Source: the human T2T-CHM13v2.0 reference genome, Homo sapiens
Reading direction: 5' to 3' (one strand)
Length of the DNA: 64,000 nucleotides
Assembly (NCBI RefSeq): GCF_009914755.1
Contig: NC_060934.1
Of this stretch, positions 12,201-23,567 are shown piece after piece (the stretch's first letter is position 1; every line of letters starts with the position of its first letter). The position numbers and the translations under genes are program-made. The notes beneath the pieces are model-generated. The model was not told the DNA's origin. It made no database searches and worked only from the letters and a program-made list of their open reading frames with translations.

Positions 12201-15200
12201 CATTCTCAGAAAACTCTTTGTGATGTGTGTGTTCAACTCACAGAGTTTAAACTTTCTTTAATCGAGCAGTTTGGAAATACACTCTTTGTGAGTCTGCAGG
12301 TGGATATTTGGCCCTCTTTGAGCCCTTCGTTGGAAACGGGATTTCCTCATATAATGCTAGACAGAAGAATTCTCAGTAACTTCTTTGTGTTGTTTGTATT
12401 CAACACACAGATTTGAACCTTCCTTTAGAGAGAGCAGATTTGAAACACTCTGTTTTTGGAATTTGCAATTGCAGATTTCAAGCGCTTCTAGGCCTATGGC
12501 AGTAAAGGAAATATCTTCGTATAAAAACTACACAGAATCATTCTCAACAACTACTTTGTGATGAGTGCGTTCAACTCACAGAGGTTAACCTTTCTTTTCA
12601 GAGAGCAGTTTGGAAACACTCTGTTTGTAAAGCCTGCAAGTGCTTTTTTGGACTTCATTGAGGCCTTCGTTGGAAACGGGATTTCTTCATACAACGCTAG
12701 ACAGAAGAATTCTCAGTAACTTCTTTGTGTTGTGTGTATTCAACTCACAGAGTTGAACCTTTCTTTAGAGAGAGCAGAGTTGAAACACTCTGTTTTTCGA
12801 ATTTGCAAGTGCAGATTTCAAGCGCTTCTAGGCCTATGGCAGAAAAGGAAATATCTTCGTATAAAAACTACACAGAATCATTCTCAACAACTACTTTGTG
12901 ATGTGTGCGTTCAACTCACAGAGGTTAACCTTTCTTTTCATAGAGCAGTTTGGAAACACTCTGTTTGTAAAGCCTGCAAGTGCTTTTTTGGACTTCATTG
13001 AGGCCTTCGTTGGAAACGGGATTTCTTCATATAATGCTAGACAGAAGAATTCTCAGTCACTTCTTTGTGTTGTGTGTATTCAAGTCACAGAGTTGAACCT
13101 TCCTTTAGACAGAGCAGTTTTGAAAAATTCTTTCTGTGGAGTTTGCAAGTGGAGATTTCAAGCGATTTGAGGCTAATCTTTGAAATGGAAATATCTTCGT
13201 GTAAAAACTACACAGAATCATTCTCAGAAACTGCTTTGTCATCTGTGCGTTCAGTTCACAGAGTTTCACCTTTCTCTTCATAGAGCAGTTTGGAAAGACT
13301 CTGTCTGTAAAGTCTGCAAGTGATTAGTTAGACCCCTTTGAGGCCTTAGTTGGAAGCGGGATTTCTCATTTACTGCTAGACAGAAGAATTCTCAGTAAAT
13401 CCTTTGTGTTGTGTGTATTCAACTCACAGAGTGGAACCTTCCTTTATTCAGAGCAGTTTTGAAAAACACTTTTTGTGGAATTTGCAAGTGGAGATTTCAA
13501 GCGATTTGACGCCAATCTTAGACATGGAAATATCTTCATATTAAAAGTACACAGAGTCATTCGTAGAAACTAGTTTGTGATGTGTGCCTTCAACTCACAG
13601 AGTTTAACCTTTCTTTTCATAGAGCAGTTTGGAAACACTCTATTTGTAAAGTCTGCAAGCGGATATTTGGACCTCTTTGAGGCCTTCGTTGGAAACGGGA
13701 TTTCTTCATACAACGCTAGACAGAAGAATTCTCAGTAACTTCTTTGTGTTGTGTGTATTCAACTCACAGAGTTGAACCTTTCTTTAGAGAGAGCAGAGTT
13801 GAAACACTCTGTTTTTGGAATTTGCAAGTGCAGATTTCAAGCGATTCTAGGCCTATGGCAGAAAAGGAAATATCTTCGTATAAAAACTACACAGAATCAT
13901 TCTCAACAACTACTTTGTGATGTGTGCGTTCAACTCACAGAGTTTAACCTTTCTTTTCATAGAGCAGTTTGGAAACACTCTGTTTGTAAAGCCTGCAAGT
14001 GCTTTTTTGGACTTCATTGAGGCCTTCGTTGGAAACGGGATTTCTTCATATAATGCTAGACAGAAGAATTCTCAGTCACTTCTTTGTGTTGTGTGTATTC
14101 AAGTCACAGAGTTGAACCTTCCTTTAGACAGAGCAGTTTTGAAAAATTCTTTCTGTGTAATTTGCAAGTGGAGATTTCAAGCGATTTGAGGCTAATCTTT
14201 GAAATGGAAATATCTTCGTGTAAAAACTACACAGAATCATTCTCAGAAACTGCTTTGTCATCTGTGCGTTCAGTTCACAGAGTTTCACCTTTCTCTTCAT
14301 AGAGCAGTTTGGAAAGACTCTGTCTGTAAAGTCTGCAAGTGATTAGTTAGAACCCTTTGAGGCCTTCGTTGGAAGCGGGATTTCTCATTTACTGCTAGAC
14401 AGAAGAATTCTGAGTAAATCCTTTGTGTTGTGTGTATTCAACTCACAGAGTGGAACCTTCCATTATTCAGAGCAGTTTTGAAACACTCTTTTTGTGGAAT
14501 TTGCAAGTGGAGATTTCAAGCGATTTGACGCCAATCTTAGACATGGAAATATCTTCATATTAAAAGTACACAGAGTCATTCGTAGAAACTAGTTTGTGAT
14601 GTGTGCCTTCAACTCACAGAGTTTAACCTTTCTTTTCATAGAGCAGTTGGGAAACACTCTATTTGTAAAGTCTGCAAGTGGATATTTGGACCTCTTTGAG
14701 GCCTTCGTTGGAAACGGGATTTCTTCATATAACGCTAGACAGAAGAATTCTCAGTAACTTCTTTGTGTTGTGTGTATTCAACTCACAGAGTTGAACATTT
14801 CTTTAGAGGGAGCAGAGGTGAAACAGTCTTTTTGTGGAATTTGCTAGTGTAGATTTCAAACGCTTCGAAGTCAGTGATAGAAAAGGATATATCTTCGTAT
14901 TAAAAGTAGACAAAATCATTCTCAGAAAACTCTTTGTGATGTGTGTGTTCAACTCACAGAGTTTAACCTTTCTTTAATCGAGCAGTTTGGAAATACACTC
15001 TTTGTAAGTCTGCAGGTGGATATTTGGCCCTCTTTGAGCCCTTCTTTGGAAACGGGATTTCCTCTTATAATGCTAGACAGAAGAATTCTCAGTAACTTCT
15101 CTGTGTCGTTTGTATTCAACACACAGATTTGAACCTTCCTTTAGAGAGAGCAGATTTGAAACACTCTGTTTTTGGAATTTGCAAGTGCAGATTTCAAGCA

Positions 15201-17459
15201 CTTCTAGGCCTATGGCAGAAAAGGAAATATCTTCGTATAAAAACTACACAGAATCATTCTCAACAACTACTTTGTGATGTGTGCGTTCAACTCACAGAGT
15301 TTAACCTTTCTTTTCATAGAGCAGTTTGGAAACACTCTGTTTGTAAAGCCTGCAAGTGCTTTTTTGGACTTCATTGAGGCCTTCGTTGGAAACGGGATTT
15401 CTTCATACAACGCTAGACAGAAGAATTCTCAGTAACTTCTTTGTGTTGTGTGTATTCAACTCACAGAGTTGAACCTTTCTTTAGAGGGAGCAGAGGTGAA
15501 ACACTCTTTTTGTGGAATTTGCTAGTGTAGATTTCAAACGCTTCGAAGACAGTGATAGAAAAGGATATATCTTCGTATTAAAAGTAGACAAAATCATTCT
15601 CAGAAAACTCTTTGTGATGTGTGTGTTCAACTCACAGAGTTTAACCTTTCTTTAATCGAGCAGTTTGGAAATACACTCTTTGTAAGTCTGCAGGTGGATA
15701 TTTGGCCCTCTTTGAGCCCTTCGTTGGAAACGGGATTTCCTCATATAATGCTAGACAGAAGAATTCTCAGTAACTTCTTTGTGTTGTTTGTATTCAACAC
15801 ACAGATTTGAACCTTCCTTTAGAGAGAGCAGATTTGAAACACTCTGTTTTTGGAATTTGCAAGTGCAGATTTCAAGCGCTTCTAGGCCTATGGCAGAAAA
15901 GGAAATATCTTCGTATAAAAACTACACAGAATCATTCTCAACAACTACTTTGTGATGAGTGCGTTCAACTCTCAGAGGTTAACCTTTCTTTTCAGAGAGC
16001 AGTTTGGAAACACTCTGTTTGTAAAGCCTGCAAGTGCTTTTTTGGACTTCATTGAGGCCTTCGTTGGAAACGGGATTTCTTCATACAACGCTAGACAGAA
16101 GAATTCTCAGTAACTTCTTTGTGTTGTGTGTATTCAACTCACAGAGTTGAACCTTTCTTTAGAGAGAGCAGAGTTGAAACACTCTGTTTTTGGAATTTGC
16201 AAGTGCAGATTTCAAGCGATTCTAGGCCTATGGCAGAAAAGGAAATATCTTCGTATAAAAACTACACAGAATCATTCTCAACAACTACTTTGTGATGTGT
16301 GCGTTCAACTCACAGAGTTTAACCTTTCTTTTCATAGAGCAGTTTGGAAACACTCTGTTTGTAAAGCCTGCAAGTGCTTTTTTGGACTTCATTGAGGCCT
16401 TCGTTGGAAACGGGATTTCTTCATATAATGCTAGACAGAAGAATTCTCAGTCACTTCTTTGTGTTGTGTGTATTCAAGTCACAGAGTTGAACCTTCCTTT
16501 AGACAGAGCAGTTTTGAAAAATTCTTTCTGTGGAGTTTGCAAGTGGAGATTTCAAGCGATTTGAGGCTAATCTTTGAAATGGAAATATCTTCGTGTAAAA
16601 ACTACACAGAATCATTCTCAGAAACTGCTTTGTCATCTGTGCGTTCAGTTCACAGAGTTTCACCTTTCTCTTCATAGAGCAGTTTGGAAAGACTCTGTCT
16701 GTAAAGTCTGCAAGTGATTAGTTAGACCCCTTTGAGGCCTTCGTTGGAAGCGGGATTTCTCATTTACTGCTAGACAGAAGAATTCTCAGTAAATCCTTTG
16801 TGTTGTGTGTATTCAACTCACAGAGTGGAACCTTCCTTTATTCAGAGCAGTTTTGAAAAACACTTTTTGTGGAATTTGCAAGTGGAGATTTCAAGCGATT
16901 TGACGCCAATCTTAGACATGGAAATATCTTCATATTAAAAGTACACAGAGTCATTCGTAGAAACTAGTTTGTGATGTGTGCCTTCAACTCACAGAGTTTA
17001 ACCTTTCTTTTCATAGAGCAGTTTGGAAACACTCTATTTGTAAAGTCTGCAAGCGGATATTTGGACCTCTTTGAGGCCTTCGTTGGAAACGGGATTTCTT
17101 CATACAACGCTAGACAGAAGAATTCTCAGTAACTTCTTTGTGTTGTGTGTATTCAACTCACAGAGTTGAACGTTTCTTTAGAGAGAGCAGAGTTGAAACA
17201 CTCTGTTTTTGGAATTTGCAAGGGCAGATTTCAAGCGATTCTAGGCCTATGGCAGAAAAGGAAATATCTTCGTATAAAAACTACACAGAATCATTCTCAA
17301 CAACTACTTTGTGATGTGTGCGTTCAACTCACAGAGTTTAACCTTTCTTTTCATAGAGCAGTTTGGAAACACTCTGTTTGTAAAGCCTGCAAGTGCTTTT
17401 TTGGACTTCATTGAGGCCTTCGTTGGAAACGGGATTTCTTCATATAATGCTAGACAGAA

Positions 17460-18816
17460 GAATTCTCAGTCACTTCTTTGTGTTGTGTGTATTCAAGTCA
17501 CAGAGTTGAACCTTCCTTTAGACAGAGCAGTTTTGAAAAATTCTTTCTGTGTAATTTGCAAGTGGAGATTTCAAGCGATTTGAGGCTAATCTTTGAAATG
17601 GAAATATCTTCGTGTAAAAACTACACAGAATCATTCTCAGAAACTGCTTTGTCATCTGTGCGTTCAGTTCACAGAGTTTCACCTTTCTCTTCATAGAGCA
17701 GTTTGGAAAGACTCTGTCTGTAAAGTCTGCAAGTGATTAGTTAGACCCCTTTGAGGCCTTCGTTGGAAGCGGGATTTCTCATTTACTGCTAGACAGAAGA
17801 ATTCTCAGTAAATCCTTTGTGTTGTGTGTATTCAACTCACAGAGTGGAACCTTCCTTTATTCAGAGCAGTTTTGAAACACTCTTTTTGTGGAATTTGCAA
17901 GTGGAGATTTCAAGCGATTTGACGCCAATCTTAGACATGGAAATATCTTCATATTAAAAGTGCACAGAGTCATTCGTAGAAACTAGTTTGTGATGTGTGC
18001 CTTCAACTCACAGAGTTTAACCTTTCTTTTCATAGAGCAGTTGGGAAACACTCTATTTGTAAAGTCTGCAAGTGGATATTTGGACCTCTTTGAGGCCTTC
18101 GTTGGAAACGGGATTTCTTTACATAACGCTTGACAGAAGAATTCTCAGTAACTTCTTTGTGTTGTGTGTATTCAGCTCACAGAGTTGAACCTTTCTTTAG
18201 AGGGAGCAGAGGTGAAACACTCTTTTTGTGGAATTTGCTAGTGTAGATTTCAAACGCTTCGAAGACAGTGATAGAAAAGGATATATCTTCGTATTAAAAG
18301 TAGACAAAATCATTCTCAGAAAACTCTTTGTGATGTGTGTGTTCAACTCACAGAGTTTAACCTTTCTTTAATCGAGCAGTTTGGAAATACACTCTTTGTA
18401 AGTCTGCAGGTGGATATTTGGCCCTCTTTGAGCCCTTCGTTGGAAACGGGATTTCCTCATATAATGCTAGACAGAAGAATTCTCAGTAACTTCTTTGTGT
18501 TGTTTGTATTCAACACACAGATTTGAACCTTCCTTTAGAGAGAGCAGATTTGAAACACTCTGTTTTTGGAATTTGCAAGTGCAGATTTCAAGTGCTTCTA
18601 GGCCTATGGCAGAAAAGGAAATATCTTCGTATAAAAACTACACAGAATCATTCTCAACAACTACTTTGTGATGTGTGCGTTCAACTCACAGAGTTTAACC
18701 TTTCTTTTCATAGAGCAGTTTGGAAACACTCTGTTTGTAAAGCCTGCAAGTGCTTTTTTGGACTTCATTGAGGCCTTCGTTGGAAACGGGATTTCTTCAT
18801 ATAATGCTAGACAGAA
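17460..18816 (+). repeat. Canonical 8-mer HOR (B-C-D-A', 1357 bp), representative; others start at 24587, 28659, 32054, 36468, 46992, 56497
   Basis: B-to-B spacing of 1357 (ORF track 17478 to 18835), containing each dimer once. Confidence 0.92.
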
Positions 18817-20513
18817 GAATTCTCAGTCACTTCTTTGTGTTGTGTGTATTCAAGTCACAGAGTTGAACCTTCCTTTAGACAGAGCAGTTTTGAAAAATTC
18901 TTTCTGTGGAGTTTGCAAGTGGAGATTTCAAGCGATTTGTGGCTAATCTTTGAAATGGAAATATCTTCGTGTAAAAACTACACAGAATCATTCTCAGAAA
19001 CTGCTTTGTCATCTGTGCGTTCAGTTCACAGAGTTTCACCTTTCTCTTCATAGAGCAGTTTGGAAAGACTCTGTCTGTAAAGTCTGCAAGTGATTAGTTA
19101 GAACCCTTTGAGGCCTTCGTTGGAAGCGGGATTTCTCATTTACTGCTAGACAGAAGAATTCTCAGTAAATCCTTTGTGTTGTGTGTATTCAACTCACAGA
19201 GTGGAACCTTCCTTTATTCAGAGCAGTTTTGAAACACTCTTTTTGTGGAATTTGCAAGTGGAGATTTCAAGCGATTTGACGCCAATCTTAGACATGGAAA
19301 TATCTTCATATTAAAAGTACACAGAGTCATTCGGAGAAACTAGTTTGTGATGTGTGCCTTCAACTCACAGAGTTTAACCTTTCTTTTCATAGAGCAGTTG
19401 GGAAACACTCTATTTGTAAAGTCTGCAAGTGGATATTTGGACCTCTTTGAGGCCTTCGTTGGAAACGGGATTTCTTCATATAACGCTAGACAGAAGAATT
19501 CTCAGTAACTTCTTTGTGTTGTGTGTATTCAACTCACAGAGTTGAACCTTTCTTTAGAGGGAGCAGAGGTGAAACACTCTTTTTGTGGAATTTGCTAGTG
19601 TAGATTTCAAACGCTTCGAAGACAGTGATAGAAAATGATATATCTTCGTATTAAAAGTAGACAAAATCATTCTCAGAAAACTCTTTGTGATGTGTGTGTT
19701 CAACTCACAGAGTTTAACCTTTCTTTAATCGAGCAGTTTGGAAATACACTCTTTGTAAGTCTGCAGGTGGATATTTGGCCCTCTTTGAGCCCTTCGTTGG
19801 AAACGGGATTTCCTCATATAATGCTAGACAGAAGAATTCTCAGTAACTTCTTTGTGTTGTTTGTATTCAACACACAGATTTGAACCTTCCTTTAGAGAGA
19901 GCAGATTTGAAACACTCTGTTTTTGGAATTTGCAAGTGCAGATTTCAAGCGCTTCTAGGCCTATGGCAGAAAAGGAAATATCTTCGTATAAAAACTACAC
20001 AGAATCATTCTCAACAACTACTTTGTGATGAGTGCGTTCAACTCACAGAGGTTAACCTTTCTTTTCAGAGAGCAGTTTGGAAACACTCTGTTTGTAAAGC
20101 CTGCAAGTGCTTTTTTGGACTTCATTGAGGCCTTCGTTGGAAACGGGATTTCTTCATACAACGCTAGACAGAAGAATTCTCAGTAACTTCTTTGTGTTGT
20201 GTGTATTCAACTCACAGAGTTGAACCTTTCTTTAGAGAGAGCAGAGTTGAAACACTCTGTTTTTCGAATTTGCAAGTGCAGATTTCAAGCGCTTCTAGGC
20301 CTATGGCAGAAAAGGAAATATCTTCGTATAAAAACTACACAGAATCATTCTCAACAACTACTTTGTGATGTGTGCGTTCAACTCACAGAGGTTAACCTTT
20401 CTTTTCATAGAGCAGTTTGGAAACACTCTGTTTGTAAAGCCTGCAAGTGCTTTTTTGGACTTCATTGAGGCCTTCGTTGGAAACGGGATTTCTTCATATA
20501 ATGCTAGACAGAA
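18817..20513 (+). repeat. 10-mer HOR variant (B-C-D-A'-A'', 1697 bp), representative; 9 copies
   Basis: B-to-B spacing of 1697 (18835 to 20532) with two consecutive A dimers. Confidence 0.92.
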
Positions 20514-21532
20514 GAATTCTCAGTCACTTCTTTGTGTTGTGTGTATTCAAGTCACAGAGTTGAACCTTCCTTTAGACAGAGCAGTTTTGAAAAATTCTTT
20601 CTGTGGAGTTTGCAAGTGGAGATTTCAAGCGATTTGAGGCTAATCTTTGAAATGGAAATATCTTCGTGTAAAAACTACACAGAATCATTCTCAGAAACTG
20701 CTTTGTCATCTGTGCGTTCAGTTCACAGAGTTTCACCTTTCTCTTCATAGAGCAGTTTGGAAAGACTCTGTCTGTAAAGTCTGCAAGTGATTAGTTAGAC
20801 CCCTTTGAGGCCTTCGTTGGAAGCGGGATTTCTCATTTACTGCTAGACAGAAGAATTCTCAGTAAATCCTTCGTGTTGTGTGTATTCAACTCACAGAGTG
20901 GAACCTTCCTTTATTCAGAGCAGTTTTGAAAAACACTTTTTGTGGAATTTGCAAGTGGAGATTTCAAGCGATTTGACGCCAATCTTAGACATGGAAATAT
21001 CTTCATATTAAAAGTACACAGAGTCATTCGTAGAAACTAGTTTGTGATGTGTGCCTTCAACTCACAGAGTTTAACCTTTCTTTTCATAGAGCAGTTTGGA
21101 AACACTCTATTTGTAAAGTCTGCAAGCGGATATTTGGACCTCTTTGAGGCCTTCGTTGGAAACGGGATTTCTTCATACAACGCTAGACAGAAGAATTCTC
21201 AGTAACTTCTTTGTGTTGTGTGTATTCAACTCACAGAGTTGAACCTTTCTTTAGAGAGAGCAGAGTTGAAACACTCTGTTTTTGGAATTTGCAAGTGCAG
21301 ATTTCAAGCGATTCTAGGCCTATGGCAGAAAAGGAAATATCTTCGTATAAAAACTACACAGAATCATTCTCAACAACTACTTTGTGATGTGTGCGTTCAA
21401 CTCACAGAGTTTAACCTTTCTTTTCATAGAGCAGTTTGGAAACACTCTGTTTGTAAAGCCTGCAAGTGCTTTTTTGGACTTCATTGAGGCCTTCGTTGGA
21501 AACGGGATTTCTTCATATAATGCTAGACAGAA

Positions 21533-23567
21533 GAATTCTCAGTCACTTCTTTGTGTTGTGTGTATTCAAGTCACAGAGTTGAACCTTCCTTTAGACAGAG
21601 CAGTTTTGAAAAATTCTTTCTGTGTAATTTGCAAGTGGAGATTTCAAGCGATTTGAGGCTAATCTTTGAAATGGAAATATCTTCGTGTAAAAACTACACA
21701 GAATCATTCTCAGAAACTGCTTTGTCATCTGTGCGTTCAGTTCACAGAGTTTCACCTTTCTCTTCATAGAGCAGTTTGGAAAGACTCTGTCTGTAAAGTC
21801 TGCAAGTGATTAGTTAGAACCCTTTGAGTCCTTCGTTGGAAGCGGGATTTCTCATTTACTGCTAGACAGAAGAATTCTCAGTAAATCCTTTGTGTTGTGT
21901 GTATTCAACTCACAGAGTGGAACCTTCCATTATTCAGAGCAGTTTTGAAACACTCTTTTTGTGGAATTTGCAAGTGGAGATTTCAAGCGATTTGACGCCA
22001 ATCTTAGACATGGAAATATCTTCATATTAAAAGTACACAGAGTCATTCGTAGAAACTAGTTTGTGATGTGTGCCTTCAACTCACAGAGTTTAACCTTTCT
22101 TTTCATAGAGCAGTTGGGAAACACTCTATTTGTAAAGTCTGCAAGTGGATATTTGGACCTCTTTGAGGCCTTCGTTGGAAACGGGATTTCTTCATATAAC
22201 GCTAGACAGAAGAATTCTCAGTAACTTCTTTGTGTTGTGTGTATTCAACTCACAGAGTTGAACATTTCTTTAGAGGGAGCAGAGGTGAAACAGTCTTTTT
22301 GTGGAATTTGCTAGTGTAGATTTCAAACGCTTCGAAGTCAGTGATAGAAAAGGATATATCTTCGTATTAAAAGTAGACAAAATCATTCTCAGAAAACTCT
22401 TTGTGATGTGTGTGTTCAACTCACAGAGTTTAACCTTTCTTTAATCGAGCAGTTTGGAAATACACTCTTTGTAAGTCTGCAGGTGGATATTTGGCCCTCT
22501 TTGAGCCCTTCGTTGGAAACGGGATTTCCTCTTATAATGCTAGACAGAAGAATTCTCAGTAACTTCTCTGTGTCGTTTGTATTCAACACACAGATTTGAA
22601 CCTTCCTTTAGAGAGAGCAGATTTGAAACACTCTGTTTTTGGAATTTGCAAGTGCAGATTTCAAGCACTTCTAGGCCTATGGCAGAAAAGGAAATATCTT
22701 CGTATAAAAACTACACAGAATCATTCTCAACAACTACTTTGTGATGTGTGCGTTCAACTCACAGAGTTTAACCTTTCTTTTCATAGAGCAGTGTGGAAAC
22801 ACTCTGTTTGTAAAGCCTGCAAGTGCTTTTTTGGACTTCATTGAGGCCTTCGTTGGAAACGGGATTTCTTCATACAACGCTAGACAGAAGAATTCTCAGT
22901 AACTTCTTTGTGTTGTGTGTATTCAACTCACAGAGTTGAACCTTTCTTTAGAGGGAGCAGAGGTGAAACACTCTTTTTGTGGAATTTGCTAGTGTAGATT
23001 TCAAACGCTTCGAAGACAGTGATAGAAAAGGATATATCTTCGTATTAAAAGTAGACAAAATCATTCTCAGAAAACTCTTTGTGATGTGTGTGTTCAACTC
23101 ACAGAGTTTAACCTTTCTTTAATCGAGCAGTTTGGAAATACACTCTTTGTAAGTCTGCAGGTGGATATTTGGCCCTCTTTGAGCCCTTCGTTGGAAACGG
23201 GATTTCCTCATATAATGCTAGACAGAAGAATTCTCAGTAACTTCTTTGTGTTGTGTGTATTCAACTCACAGAGTTGAACCTTTCTTTAGAGAGAGCAGAG
23301 TTGAAACACTCTGTTTTTGGAATTTGCAAGTGCAGATTTCAAGCGATTCTAGGCCTATGGCAGAAAAGGAAATATCTTCGTATAAAAACTACACAGAATC
23401 ATTCTCAACAACTACTTTGTGATGTGTGCGTTCAACTCACAGAGTTTAACCTTTCTTTTCATAGAGCAGTTTGGAAACACTCTGTTTGTAAAGCCTGCAA
23501 GTGCTTTTTTGGACTTCATTGAGGCCTTCGTTGGAAACGGGATTTCTTCATATAATGCTAGACAGAA
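21533..23567 (+). repeat. 12-mer HOR variant (B-C-D-A'-D-A'', 2035 bp), single copy
   Basis: B-to-B spacing of 2035 (21551 to 23586). D at 22890 is followed directly by an A''-type start at 23228. Confidence 0.9.

Larger units (their letters stand above)
223..13843 (+). repeat. Tandem duplication, period 6788 bp (40 monomers)
   Basis: Constant ORF offset of 6788 (1194/7982, 2384/9172, 5944/12732) and many shared private SNVs. Confidence 0.95.
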
